Shown here piece by piece: positions 47,503 to 60,655 of a stretch of DNA of 64,000 bases (positions are counted from its first letter, which is position 1; each line of letters begins with the position of its first letter). The notes below the pieces were generated by a model, which saw only the letters and a program-made list of their open reading frames with translations, ran no database searches and was not told where the DNA came from. The translations under genes and the position numbers were made by a program. The stretch is from Mobula hypostoma. Its lineage: Eukaryota. The stretch is from contig NC_086108.1 in NCBI RefSeq assembly GCF_963921235.1, positions 115,508,001 to 115,572,000 on the forward strand, read 5' to 3'.

Positions 47503-50500
47503 AGAGGTGGGGAAGGGTGGAGAGGGTAGGGACAGGGAGATGAAGGGTGAGAAGCAGAGGGACAGGGTGAAGGGGAAGGAGGTTGAAGAGAGGAATGAGA
47601 GGGAGGGGAATGGGCGAGCGGTGAGAGTGGGAGAGGGAGAAGCAGGGAGAAAGAGTGGGAGACAGAGGGGGAGGAGGAGGGGAGGGAGAGAGGGAGAATG
47701 AGGGGGATGGGGAGGGAGAGGGTTGAGGGAGAGTGGGGGGATGGGAGAGAGAGAGGGTTGAGGGAGAGTGAGGGGGATAGGAGAGGGAGAGTGAGGGGGA
47801 TAGGAGAGGGAGAGGGTTGAGGGAGAGTGAGGGGGATGGGAGAGGGAGAGGGTTGAGGGAGAGTGAGGGGGATGGGAGAGGGAGGGTTGAGGGAGAGTGA
47901 GGGGGATGGGGAGGGAGAGCGTTGAGGGAGAGCGAGGGGGATGGGAGAGCGAGAGGGTTGAGGGAGAGTGAGCGGGAAGGGGAGAGGGTTGAGGGAGAGT
48001 GAGGGGGATGGGGAGGGAGAGGGTTGAGGGAGAGTGGGGGGATGGGAGAGCGAGAGGGTTGAGGGAGAGTGAGCGGGAAGGGGAGAGGGTTGAGGGAGAG
48101 TGAGGGGGATGGGGAGGGAGAGGGTTGAGGGAGAGTGGGGGGATGGGAGAGGAAGAGGGTTGAGGGAGAGTGAGGGGGATGGGAGAGGGAGAGGGTTGAG
48201 AGAGAGTGAGGGGGATGACTAGGGAGAGAGTTGAGGGAGAGCGAGGGGGATGGGAGAGGGAGAGGGTTGAGGGAGAGTGAGGGAGAGGGGAGGGAGAGTG
48301 AGGGGGATGGGGAGGGAGAGTGAGGGGGATGGGAGAGGGAGAGGGTTGAGGGAGAGTGAGGGGGATGGGAGAGGGAGAGGGTTGAGGGAGAGTGAGGGGG
48401 ATGGGAGAGGGAGAGGGTTGAGGGAGAGTGAGCGGGAAGGGGAGAGGGTTGAGGGAGAGTGAGGGGGATGGGGAGGGAGAGGGTTGAGGGAGAGTGGGGG
48501 GATGGGAGAGGAAGAGGGTTGAGGGAGAGTGAGGGGGATGGGAGAGGGAGAGGGTTGAGAGAGAGTGAGGGGGATGACTAGGGAGAGAGTTGAGGGAGAG
48601 CGAGGGGGATGGGAGAGGGAGAGGGTTGAGGGAGAGTGAGGGGGATGGGAGAGGGAGAGGGTTGAGGGAGAGTGAGGGGGATGGGGAGGGAGAGGGTTGA
48701 GGGAGAGTGAGGGGGATGGGAGAGGGAGAGGGTTGAGGGAGAGTGACGGGGATGGGAGAGGGAGAGGGTTGAGGGAGAGTGAGGAGGATGGGGAGGGAGA
48801 GAGTTGAGGGAGAGCGAGGGGGATGGGGAGGGAGAGAGTTGAGGGAGAGTGAGGGGGATGGGAGAGGGAGAGGGTTGAGAGAGAGTGAGGGGGATGGGAG
48901 AGGGAGAGGGTTGAGCAAGAGTGTGGGGGACGTGAGGGAGAGGGTTGGGTGAGAGAGAGGGGGATGGGAGAGCGAGAGGATTGAGGGAGAGTGAGGGGGA
49001 TGGAGAGGGAGAAGGTTGAGGGAGAGTAAGGGGGATGGGAGAGGGAGAGGGTTGAGGGAGAGTGAGGGGGATGGGAGAGGGAGAGGGTTGAGGGAGAGTG
49101 AGGGGGATGGGGAGGGAGAGGGTTGAGGGAGAGTGAGAGGGATGGGAGAGGGAGAGGGTTGAGGGAGAGTGAGGGGGATGGGAGAAGGAGAGGGTTGGGG
49201 GAGAGTGAGGGGGATGGGGAGCGAGAGGGTTGAGGGAGAGTGAGGGGGATGGGAGAGGGAGAAGGTTGAGAGGGAGTGAGGGGGATGGGGAGGGAGAGAG
49301 TTGAGGGAGAGTGAGGGGGATGGGAGAGGGAGAAGGTTGAGGGAGAGTGAGGGGGATGGAGAGGGAGAGAGTTGAGGGAGAGCGAGGGGGATGGGAAGGG
49401 AGAGAGTTGAGGGAGAGTGAGGGGGATGGGAGAGGGAGAGGATTGAGGGAGAGTCGGGGGATGGGAGAGGGAGAGGGTTGAGGGGGAGTGAGGGGGATGG
49501 GAGAGGGAGAGGGTTGAGGGAGAGTGAGGGGGATGGGAGAGGGAGAGTATTGAGGGAGAGTGAGGGGGATGGGGAGGGAGAGGGTTGAGGGAGAGTGAGG
49601 GGGAAGGGGAGGTTGAGGGTTGAGGGAGAGTGAGAGGGATGGGAGAGGGAGAGGGTTGAGGGAGAGTAAGCGGGAGGGGGAGAGGGTTGAGGGAGAGTGA
49701 GGGGGATGGGAGAGGGAGAGGGTTGAGGGAGAGTGAGGGGGATGGGAGAGGGAGAGGGTTGAGGGAGAGTGAGGGGGATGGGGAGCGAGAGGGTTGAGGG
49801 AGAGTGAGGGGGATGGGAGAGTAAGCGGGAGGGGGAGAGGGTTGAGGGAGAATGAGGGGGATGGGGAGGGAGAGAGTTGAGGGAGAGCGAGGGGGATGGG
49901 AGAGGGAGAGGGTTGAGGGAGAGTGAGGGGGATGGGAGAGGGAGAAGGTTGAGGGAGAGTGAGGGGGATGGGGAGGGAGAGAGTTGAGGGAGAGCGAGGG
50001 GGATGGGGAGGGAGAGAGTTGAGGGAGAGTGAGGGGGATGGGAGAGGGAGAGGGTTGAGGGAGAGTGAGGGGGATGGGAGAGGGAGAGGATTGAGGGAGA
50101 GTCGGGGAATGGGAGACGGAGAGGGTTGAGGGGGAGTGAGGGGGATGGGAGAGGGAGAGGGTTGAGGGAGAGTGAGGGGGATGGGAGAGGGAGAGGGTTG
50201 AGGGAGAGTGGGGGGATGGGAGAGGGGGAGGGTTGAGGGAGAGTGGGGGATGGGAGAGGGAGAGGGTTGAGGGAGAGTGTTGAGGGAGAGTGAGGGGGAT
50301 GGGGAGGGAGAGGGTTGAATGAGAGTGAGAGGGATGGGAGAGGGAGAGGGTTGAGGGAGAGTAAGCGGGAGGGGGAGAGGGTTGAGGGAGAGTGAGGGGG
50401 ATGGGAGAGGGGGAGGGTTGAGGGAGAGTGAGGGGGATGGGGATGGAGAGGGTTGAGGGAGAGTGAGGGGGATGGGAGAGGGAGAGGGTTGAGAGAGAGT

Positions 50501-52345
50501 GAGGGGGATGGGGAGGGAGAGAGTTGAGGGAGAGCGAGGGGGATGGGAGAGGGAGAGGGTTGAGTAAGAGTGAGGGGGATGGGAGAGGGAGAAGGTTGAG
50601 GGAGAGTGAGGGGGATGGGGAGGGAGAGAGTTGAGGGAGAGTGAGGGGGATGGGAGAGGGAGAGGGTTGAGGGAGAGAGGGGGATGGGAGAGGGAGAGTG
50701 TTGAGAGAGAGTGAGGGGGATGGGAGAGGGAGAGGGTTGAGTAAGAGTGAGGGGGATGGGAGAGCAAGAGAAATGAGGGAGAATGAGGGGGATGGAGAGG
50801 GAGAAGGTTGAGGGAGAGTGAGGGGGATGGGAGAGGGAGAGGGTTGAGGTAGAGTGAGGGGGATGGGAGAGGGAGAGGATTGAGGGAGAGTGAGGGGAAT
50901 GGGAAAGGGAGTGGGTTGAGGGAGAGTGAGGGGGATGGGGAGGGAGAGGGTTGAGGGAGAGTGAGGGGGATGGGAGAGGGAGAGGGTTGAGGTAGAGTGA
51001 GGGGGATGGGAGAGGGAGAGGATTGAGGGAGAGTGAGGGGAATGGGAAAGGGAGTGGGTTGAGGGAGAGTGAGGGGGATGGGGAGGGAGAGGGTTGAGGG
51101 AGAGTGAGGGGGATGGGAGAGGGAGAGGATTGAGGGAGAGTGAGGGGGATTGGGAGAGAGAGAGGGTTGAGGGAGAGTGAGGGGGATGGGAGAGCGTTGA
51201 GGGAGAGTGAGGGGGATGGGAGAGGGAGAGGGTTGAGGGAGAGTGAGGGGGATGGGGAGGGAGAGAGTTGAGGGAGAGCGAGGGGGATTGGGAGAGGGAG
51301 TGGGTTGAGGGAGAGTGAGGGGGATGGGGAGGGAGTGGGTTGAGGGAGAGTGAGGGGGATGGGAGAGGGAGAGAGTTGAGGGAGAGCGAGGGAGATGGGG
51401 AGGGAGAGAGTTGAGGGAGAGTGAGGGGGATGGGAGAGGGAGAGGTTTGAGGGAGAGTGAGGGGGATGGGAGAGGGAAAGAGTTGAGGGAGAGAGAGGGG
51501 GATGGGAGAGGGAGAGGTTTGAGGGAGAGTGAGGGGGATGGGAGAGGGAGAGAGTTGAGGGAGAGAGAGGGGGATGGGAGAGGGAGAGGTTTGAGGGAGA
51601 GTGAGGGGGATGGGAGAGGGAGAGGTTTGAGGGAGAGTGAGGGGGATGGGAGAGGGAGAGGGTTGAGGGAGAGTGAGGGGGATGAGAGAGGGAGAGGTTT
51701 GAGGGAGAGTGAGGGGGATGGGAGAGGGAGAGGGTTGAGGGAGAGTGAGGGGGATGGGAGAGGGAGAGGGTTGAGGGAGAGTGAGGGGGATGGGAGAGGG
51801 AGAGGTTTGAGGGAGAGTGAGGGGGATGGGAGAGGGAGAGAGTTGAGGGAGAGAGAGGGGGATGGGAGAGGGAGAGGTTTGAGGGGGAGTGAGGGGGATG
51901 GGAGAGGGAGAGAGTTGAGGGAGAGAGAGGGGGATGGGAGAGGGAGAGGTTTGAGGGAGAGTGAGGGGGATGGGAGAGGGAGAGGTTTGAGGGAGAGTGA
52001 GGGGGATGGGAGAGGGAGAGGGTTGAGGGAGAGTGAGGGGGATGAGAGAGGGAGAGGTTTGAGGGAGAGTGAGGGGGATGGGAGAGGGAGAGGGTTGAGG
52101 GAGAGTGAGGGGGATGGGAGAGGGAGAGGTTTGAGGGAGAGTGAGGGGGATGGGAGAGGGAGAGAGTTGAGGGAGAGAGGGGGATGGGAGAGGGAGAGGG
52201 TTGAGGGAGAGTGAGGGGGATGAGAGAGGGAGAGGGTTGAGGGAGAGTGAGGGGGATTTGTAGAGTGAGTGGGATGGGGAGAGTGAGGGGGATGGGGAGA
52301 GAGGGGGATGGGGAGAGAGGGGGATGGGGGAGAGAGAAGGTTGAG
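47503..52345. repeat. ~4.8-kb polypurine satellite, 36-bp unit gggagagggagagggttgagggagagtgagggggat
   Basis: More than 120 directly visible units; 12-aa periodicity in the ORF track. Confidence 0.97.
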
Positions 52346-52464
52346 GGTCGCGCAGTCACGTGGTGATTCGGTCAGTTGTTTATGACACCAGTGATGGGGT
52401 TCAATTCCCACTGCTGCGTGTTAGGGGTACATTGTCCCAGTGACTGAGCGGCCTTTCTCTGGAA

Positions 52465-53619
52465 GACTATAAGATCATAAGACCATAAAACATAGGAGCA
52501 GAATTGGGCCATTGAATCATGCCTTATCCATTTTTCCCATCCTCAGCCTCACTCCCCAGCTCCTCCTGTTACCTTTGATGCCATGCCCAATCAGGAACCT
52601 ATCAAGCTCTGCCTTAGGTACACCCAACGAGCTGACCTCCACAGCTGCCTGTGGTAATAAATTCCAAAGATTCACCACCCTATGGCTAAAGAAGTTTCTC
52701 CACATCTGTTTTAAATGCATGTCCCTCAATTCTGAAGCTGCGCCCTCTTGCCCTAGACTCCCCCACAATGGGAAACATCCTTTCCACATCTACTCTGTCT
52801 CGGCCTTTCAACATCCAAAAGGTTTCAGTGAGAACCCCCCTCATCCTTCTGAATTCTTGCAAGTACAGACCCAGAGCTATCAAATGTTCCTATCAAACCC
52901 TTTCATTCCCAGAATCATCCTTGTGAACCTCCTCTGGACCCTCTCCAATGCCAGCACATCTTTTCTAAGGTGAGGAGCCCAAAACTGTTCGCAATACTTA
53001 ATACTTACCAGTGCCTTGTAAAATGTCAGCTTCACGTCCCTGCTCTTGCATTCTAGACCTCTTGAAATGAATGCTAACATGGCATTTGCCTTCCTCACCA
53101 CTGACTCTACCAGCAAGTTAACCTTTAGCGAACTCTGCACAAGGACTCCCAGGCCCTTTGCATTCCAGATTTTTGGATTTTCTCCCCATTTAGATAATTG
53201 TCTGCACATTTACTTCTACTACCAAAGTGAATGATCATGCATTTTCCAACGTTGTATTTCATTTGCCACTGTCTTGCCCATTCTCCTAATCTGTCTAAGT
53301 CCTTCTGCATCCTACCTGTTTCCTTAACACTACCTGTCCCTCCACCAATCTTTATATCATCTGCAAACTATTCCATCATCTAAATCATTGCTACGCATCA
53401 TAAAAAGAAGTGGTCCCATCACCAACCCCTGTGGAACACTACTAGTCACTGGCAGCCAACCAGACAAAGATCCTTTTTGTTTTCACTCGCTGCCTCCTAC
53501 CAATCAGCCAATGCTCTATCCATGTCAGTAACTTTTCTGTAATATCATGGGCTTTTAACTTGGTAAGCAGCCTCATATGTGGTCTCTTGTCAAAGGCACT
53601 CTGAAAATCCAGATATACA
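52465..53619 (-). mobile_element. Decayed CR1 RT and 3' end
   Basis: (TAAGACCA) tail; fragments YLDFQSAFDK, WQMKYNVGKC, NFFSHRVVNLWN. Confidence 0.85.
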
Positions 53620-53989
53620 TGTAATGCACTGTACTGTTTCACTGCTAACGTAATGGTTGCTCTGTAGCAGCAGTGTTTGGGTTATGACTAGAGATAATGG
53701 GGACTTTGGAGTGTGTGGCATCCAATGAGAAGAGCGTGGTTTCTTCTTGTGTGTCTTAAAGTATTTGCGGTCTTTTGTCGGCGAGAGATGAGGAGAGGAG
53801 AAGTGAGTGGAGAGAGGTGGTAGACTGCCAGACGGAGTGGATTTGGAGTGAGGGTCTGAGGTCAGTGACGCTTGGAGGAGGTTGACGGGGAACAAATGGA
53901 CGGAAATGTGAGCTCCAACATTGCGCATTCGACTGTTTCATTAAAATGGGCCCCTTTTCTTTTCTTTACTAACCCTATAGTCAGATTAA
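53620..53989. mobile_element. Possible LTR-like fragment of unknown family
   Basis: Begins TGTAA at an abrupt CR1 junction; non-coding; no partner in the window. Confidence 0.3.
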
Positions 53990-54424
53990 GATCAGAATCA
54001 GATTTAATATCACTGGCATGGGACGTGAAATTTGTTAACTTAGCAGCAGCAGTTCAATGCAATACATAATCTAGCAGAGAGAAAAATAATAAATAAGATA
54101 AAAATAATAATACTAAATAAACAAGAAAATCAATAGATTAAAAAAAAATGAAAAAATGTGCAAAAACAGAAAAAAAAAGTGAGGTAGTGTCCAAAGCTTC
54201 AATGTCCATTTAGAAATCGGATGGCAGAGGGGAAGAAGCTGTTCCTGAATCGCTGAGTGTGTGCCTTCAGGCTTCTGTATCTCCTACCTGATGGTAACAG
54301 TGAGAAAAGGACATGCCCTGGGTGCTGAAGGTCGATAATAATGAACGCTGCCTTTCTGAGACACTGCTTCCTAAAGATGTCCTGGGTGCTTTGTAGGCTA
54401 GTACCCAAGATGGAGCTGACTATA
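53990..54424 (-). mobile_element. Rex1/Babar 3' end
   Basis: HPGHVLFSLLPSGRRYRSLKAHTQRFRNSFFPSAIRFLN; tcagaatcaga tail. Confidence 0.85.
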
Positions 54425-54539
54425 TTGACAATGAGATGTGGAAAATAGTAATAAATCCAGAAATTACTACCCTGGAGGTCCTGCTTCTCAGCTTTCTGCC
54501 CAGCTCCCTGAATTCTCTCCTCAGGGCGCAGAGGAGAGA

Positions 54540-54735
54540 ATTCCTCTCACATTCCAAAGACGGGATCGGGTTAGTGAGTTTTGGGAATGATATGTAGCTA
54601 TGCTGACGCTGGAAACATGGTGATGCTTGTGGACTTTCCAGCATCATCATTGCTGATTTAATTTGATGCAAATGACCCGTTTCACTGTGTGTGCAATGTG
54701 TACGTGATAAGTAAAGCTAATCTTCATCTTCATCT
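54540..54735 (+). mobile_element. 3' half of a V-SINE-like element (head at 52350-52462)
   Basis: ttcctctcacattccaaagac... matches the reverse complement of the SINE at 6160-6473. Confidence 0.6.
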
Positions 54736-55314
54736 TTGAAAGGATATTTGGATAAGCCAATGGATAGGAGGGGTCCAGAGGGAAATGGGCCCAACATGGC
54801 TTGAGTGAACACCATGGTCAATATCGATGAATTGAGCTGAAGGGCCTGTTTCAATTCTGAATTATTCTGTGAGAATACAGATTCAATGTCTTCATCTGTT
54901 CTGGTTAGGACAGCTGATCCCAGGAATCATCTGCATGGATGTCTCCTGGACTGTCTCCAGCTGCAGGATGTGCTGAGGTTGAAAACACTCTCAGTCCTTG
55001 GGCCTACTGCTATTTCTGGCACCACAATCAGCCTCTTCCTTCAGTTCAGACTATTTTTAATTTCTCCTGTCAGCCACTGATGAATCATTTTTCCTGTTGG
55101 GTTTCTGTGCCTGAGAGAAATGTATATTTTCTGCAAATTGTGCATTATATCTTTAAATGCTAACATTGTCTTTCCATCCTTTTCAACATACTGTCCCAGT
55201 AACCTGCACCCACATCTCCTCATCCAGCTCCTCAGGATCCTCATTTTAGATTGGAGGCCTCAGTTTTGCATTGAACTGCATCACAAACAAGGCCACTTTA
55301 TATGCTTTTGTTAA

Positions 55315-55750
55315 TTTAGAGACACAACATGGTAAGAGGCCATTTGGCCTGGCCAGCCTGTGCCATCCAATTACACCCATGTGACCAATTATACTTTATA
55401 CTTTATTGTCACCAAACATTTGGTAGTAGAACGTACAATCATCACAGCGATATTTGATTCTGCGCTTCACGCTCCCTGGATTACAAATATTAAATATTAA
55501 AAATAGTTAAAATTAGTAAATATTAAAAATTTAAATTATAAATCATAAATAGAAAATAGAAAAAATGGGAAGTAAGGTAGTGCAAAAAAACCGAGCGGCA
55601 GGTCCGGATATTTGGAGGGTGCGGCCCAGATCCGGGTCAGTACTGACTAACAGTATTCACTACTAACCCGTACATCTTTGGAATGTGGGAAGTAACTGGA
55701 ACACCCCGAGGAAACACACACATTCACAGGGAGAATGTAAAACCTCCTTG
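55315..55750 (-). mobile_element. V-SINE-like element interrupted by a short retroposon tail (about 55390-55640)
   Basis: ctttggaatgtgggaag...cacagggagaatgtaaa core; the insert starts with an (ATACTTT)n tail. Confidence 0.55.
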
Positions 55751-55943
55751 TCACTTGATATAGGTGTACACGAGAAGGGGTGTAGATAGAGCGGACAGCC
55801 AGAGCCTTTTTCCCTGGGCAGAAATGGACATAACTTTATGGTGATTGGAGGAAAATAGAGGGATGTCAGAGATGAGTTTTTTTTTAAACACAGAGAGTGA
55901 AGGACATGTGGAACGACCCGCCTGGATTATGATAGAGGCAGAT

Positions 55944-57562
55944 ATAACCATATAACAATTACAGCATGGAAACAGGCCATCTCGGCCCTCCTAGTCTGTG
56001 CCGAACTCTTACTCTCACCTAGTCCCACCGACCTGCACTCAGCCCAAAACCCTCCATTCCCTTCCTGTCCATACAGCTGTCCAATTTAACATTAAACGAC
56101 AACATCGAACCTGCCTCGGCCACTTCTGTTGGAAGCTCGTTCCACACAGCTACCACTCTCTGAGTAAAGAAGTTTCCCCTCATGTTACCCCTAAACTTTT
56201 GCCCTTTAACTCTCAACTCATGTCTTCTTGTTTGAATCTCCCCCACTCTCAATGGAAAAAGCCTATTCACGTCAACTCTATCTATCCTCCTCATAATTTT
56301 AAATACCTCTATCAAGTCTCCCCTCAACCTTCTACGTTCCAAAGAACAAAGGCCCAACTTGTTCAACCTTTCTCTGTAACTTAGGTGATGAAACCCAGAT
56401 AACATTCTAGTAAATCTTCTTTGTACTCTCTCTATTTTGTTGACATCTTTCCTATAATTTGGTGACCAAAACTGTACAGAATACTCCAAACTTGGCCTCA
56501 CCAATGCCTTGTACAATTTCAACATTACATCCCAACTCCTATACTCAATGCTTTGATTTATAAAGGCCAGCATACCAAAAGCTTTTTTCGCCACCCTATC
56601 CACATGAGATTCCACCTTCAGGGAACTATGCACCATTGTTCCCAGATCCCTCTGTTCTACCGCATTCTTCAATGCCCTACCATTTACCATGCATGTCCTA
56701 TTTGATTAGTCCTACCAAAATGTAGCACATCACATTTATCAGCATTAAACTCCATCTACCATCTTTCAGCCTACTCTTCTAACTGGCATAAATCTCTCTG
56801 CAAGCTTTGAAAACCTACTCCATTATCCAGAACTCCACCTATATTAGTATCATCTGCATACCTACTAATCCAATTTACCACCCCATCATCCAGATCATTA
56901 GTATATATGACAAATAACATTGGACCCAGTACAGATCCCTGAGGCACACCACTACACACCGTCCTCCAATCTGACACACAGTTATCCACCACCACTCTCT
57001 GGTGTATCCCATCCAGCCACTGCTGAATCCATTTTACTACTTCAATATTAATAGCTAACAATTGAACCTTGCTAACCAACCTCCCAGGTGGGACCTTGTC
57101 AAAGGCCTTAATGAAGTCCTTATAGACAACATCCACCGCTTTACCCTTGTCGACTTTCTTAGTAACCTCTTCAAAAATTCAATAAGATTTGTCAAACATG
57201 ACCTTCCACGCACAAATCCATGTTGACTGTTCCTAATCAGACCCTGTCTATCCAGATAATTATATATACCATCTCTAAGAATACTTTCCATCAATTTACC
57301 CACCACTGACGTCAAACTCACAGGCCGATAATTGCTAGGCTTACTCTTAGACCCCTTTTTAAACAATGGAACCACATGAGCAAAACGCCAATCCTCCGAC
57401 ACCATCCCTGTTTCTAATGACATTTGAAATATTTCTGTCAGAGCCCCTGCTATTTACACACTAAATTCCCTCAAGGTCCTAGGGAATATCCTGTCAGGAC
57501 CAGGAGATTTATCCACTTTTATATTCCTTAAAAGCTCCAGTACTTCCTCTTCTTTAATCATA
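55944..57562 (-). mobile_element. CR1 LINE, 5'-truncated, inserted into an older plus-strand CR1 3' end (55755-55943 and 57620-57780)
   Basis: ORFs 57055-57423, 56771-57136 (RYADD) and 56019-56690; (CCATATAA) tail. Confidence 0.92.
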
Positions 57563-57784
57563 TTATATTATACTGGGAAATTTCTACTAGAAAAGGAAAC
57601 TTATACTGGAAAATTATATTATACTAGGAAAATTTAAGAAACTCTTGGATAGGCACATGAATGATAGAAAATGGAGGGTAGTGTGGGAGGGAGAGGTTAG
57701 ATTGATCTTAGAGTAGGTTGAAAAGTTGTCACAACATCATGGGCTGAAGGGCCTGTGTTGTGCTGTTATGTTCTATGTTCTGGA

Positions 57785-58575
57785 GTCATAGAGTTATAGA
57801 ACATTACCACACAGAAACAGTCTGTTTGGCCCATCTGTTTCATGCTGAGCTATCATTCTACCTGGTGCCATCGACCTGCACCAGGACCATAAACCCCGAT
57901 ACCCCTCCCATTCACGTACCTACCCAAACTTCTATTAAACGTTGAAATTGAAACCACATCCACCACTTCCGCTGGCAGCTCATTCCACACTTTCACCATG
58001 CTCTGAGTGAAACAGTTACCCTCCTGTTCTCCTAAAATGTTTCACTTTTCATCCTTAACCCATGATGTCTAGTTCTAGTCTCACCCAACCTCAATGGAAA
58101 ATGCCTGCTTGTATTTACCCTGTCTGGACCCCTCATAATTTTGTATATTTCTATCAGGTCTCCCCTCATTCTCCAACACTCCAGGGAATGTTCTAACCTA
58201 TTCAACCTTTTCCTATAACTCAGGTCTTCAAGTCCCAGCAACATCCTTGTAAATTTTCTCTGCACTCTTTCAATTTTAATGATTTCTTTCCTGTAGGTGG
58301 GTGACCAAAACTGCACAAGATACTGCAAATTAGGCCAGACCAACATCTTATAAAACTTCAACATACCAACTCCTGTATTCGATATATTGATTGATGAAGG
58401 GCCATGCGGCAAAAACTTTCCATAACAACCCTATATGACACTACTTTATGGACCTGTATTCCCAAATCCCTCTGTTCTACCGGGCTTCTCAGTGCCCTGT
58501 GCAAGTCCTGTCCTGGTTTGTCCTCCCAAAGTGCAACACCTCAAAATTTTCTGCATTCAATTCCATCCACCATTT
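57785..58575 (-). mobile_element. Decayed CR1 3' region
   Basis: ORF 58032-58412 VQFWSPTYRK..ERVQRKFTRML. Confidence 0.8.
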
Positions 58576-58579
58576 TATT

Positions 58580-58706
58580 AGAGTCTCGATGGAAGGGTTC
58601 AGCCCAAAAATGTTGACTCTTTATTCCTTCCCACTGAAGCTGCCTGACCTGCTGAGTTCCTCCAGCATTTCGTATGTGTTACTCTGGATTTCCAGCAGCT
58701 GCAGAA
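58580..58706 (+). mobile_element. Solo Penelope terminal fragment
   Basis: gctgcctgacctgctgagttcctccagcattt resembles the Penelope end at 22852-22950. Confidence 0.7.
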
Positions 58707-59139
58707 TAAATGATGGATGCAACATTCTTAAGGCCATTGAGGCTTTGTGAAAATGTTGAGTTGAGTGAAGACCAGCCCAATTTGTCCAATCTCGCCTACA
58801 AACATAGCTCCATTCCAGGCAAAATCAGATGAAGCAGTCTTCTACCTAATTACTGTAAATTTAATCCGGCAAAATCCGGCAGACGGCAGATTTTACTGAC
58901 TATTGGAGATTATTCCACATATTATCTCAACAAGCCTTTAATTCACTGTTTTTTTAAAAATAAATCATTTTCCAGTAACCCTTTGAGTTTAGAACCATGG
59001 GAAGCAAAGGCCAGGTATTTTTTGAAATTTTAAGGATAGGACCTTGTAGGCCAGATGTTGGAGCTTTGGATAATTGGACAGAGGGTTATTAGAGTTTTTC
59101 ACTGGATTGATTTTTATCTACCATGATCATTGAATAAAA

Positions 59140-59806
59140 CAATAAGACCTTAAGACATAGGAGCAGAATTAGGCCATTCAGCCCATCAAGTCTGCTCCAC
59201 CATTCCATCATGGCTGATTTATTTTCTCTCTCAACCCCATTCTCCTGCCTTCTCTCCATAATCTTTGATGCCCTGACTAATCAGGAACATATAAGACCAT
59301 AAGACACAGCAGCATTATTAGGCCATTTGGCCCATCAGGTCTGCTGCTCTATTTCATTATGGCTGAACCATTTTCCCTTTCAGCCCAGTCTCCTGCCATC
59401 TCCCCGTAACCCTTCATGTCCTGATTAATCAAGAAGCTAAAACCTCTGCCTTAAATATACCCAATGACCCTTTCATTTCTTCTACCAAAGTGCATGGCCA
59501 TACACTTCCTGACTCTATATTCCATCTGCCACTTCTTTGCCCATTCTTCTCATCTGTCTAAGTCCTTTTTACTTCCTCAAGACTACCTGGCTCAACCTAT
59601 CTTTATATCGCCTGCAAATTTTGCAACAAAGCCATCAATTCCATCTTCCGCATCATTGACAAATAACATAAAAAGAATTGGTCCCAACTCAGACCCCTGT
59701 GGAACAACACGAGGATGCTTCCTTTATTCCCACCCTTTACCTCCTGCCAATCAGACATTGCTTTATCCATGCTAGTATCTTTCCTGTAAAACCATGGGCT
59801 CTTACC
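59140..59806 (-). mobile_element. Two tandem CR1 3' ends plus a CR1 RT fragment
   Basis: taagacataggagcagaattaggcc tails at ~59150 and ~59295; decayed VAKFA and GSELGP motifs. Confidence 0.75.
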
Positions 59807-60474
59807 TTCTAGTTCTGTGTAATATTCTGTAGGGCCAACACCATTTCTCATCCTGTGTTTTCACAGTGGAACACAAAGCCCGGTATTCATTGAGGCATAC
59901 AGCATTGACATAGGTCTTGCAGTCCTCTGAAACTTTACTGACCCACAAGCTCCGTCTCTCTTGTCATCTCCCCTTCCTAAATGTCAAATCCCAGACTTTG
60001 GAGACTCTGAGCCTTGTGTGCAAAGGCAGTGATAGCAAAGCTGTATGTGATTTGTTCATTAATTAATTTATCTTGTATAGATAGCTTTGCATTTTAAATT
60101 ATATTATATTTTATTAATTTATTGTCGGCAATATTTTGTTTTATGTGCTGTGTGTGATATACGTTTTGTAGGTTCGGAGGAATGTTGTTTTATTTGGAAG
60201 TATATATGTATGGTCAGATGACAATAAAATAGAATTTGTTTGTCTATAAACCATACAACTGTTAGAGACTTTTGTGTACATTTTAGATCAATCCTCCATT
60301 GTTTTATTTATTTCAATTATGTATAGGATGTATACATTTTCAGAATGGCCTGACATATTTAAATATTTCAAGAATAATTATTGTATTTTTGGCTGACACA
60401 CTCAGGGCACCATTTTGTCATTTGAACATCCTGTACTTTAACCTTTTGATATTTGACTTTTATTTATTTTTAAT

Positions 60475-60655
60475 TAGAGATACTGCACAGTTACAAGCCG
60501 TTCTGGCCTAAGGAGCCCAGGCCAGCCAGTTTCACCTATGTGACCAATGACCCTACTGATCTGTACAGCTTTGGACTGTGTGAGGGTACCGGAGCACCCA
60601 AAGAATACCAACATCATCATGGGGAGAATGTGGAAACTGTACAGACAGCAGCAGA
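60475..60655 (-). mobile_element. Degraded V-SINE-like element
   Basis: Same pattern as 55315-55750 (tgtgaccaat..ctttggactgtg..ccggagcaccc..ggggagaatgtg). Confidence 0.55.

Noticed and set aside
47467..52411. 1630-aa and 1277-aa Pro/Ser/Leu-rich ORFs (extensin- or mucin-like)
   Set aside because: They are translations of the pyrimidine strand of a 36-bp satellite that rarely forms stop codons, and they are open in several frames.
58851..59104. Possible pogo/Tigger-like MITE
   Set aside because: The ends are only loosely complementary and I could not establish a TIR pair or TA duplication.
59806..59852. Possible minus-strand mini-exon ending GAAG/gtaaga
   Set aside because: The donor-like sequence belongs to the adjacent CR1 remnant, the acceptor lacks a pyrimidine tract, and the peptide is unrecognisable.
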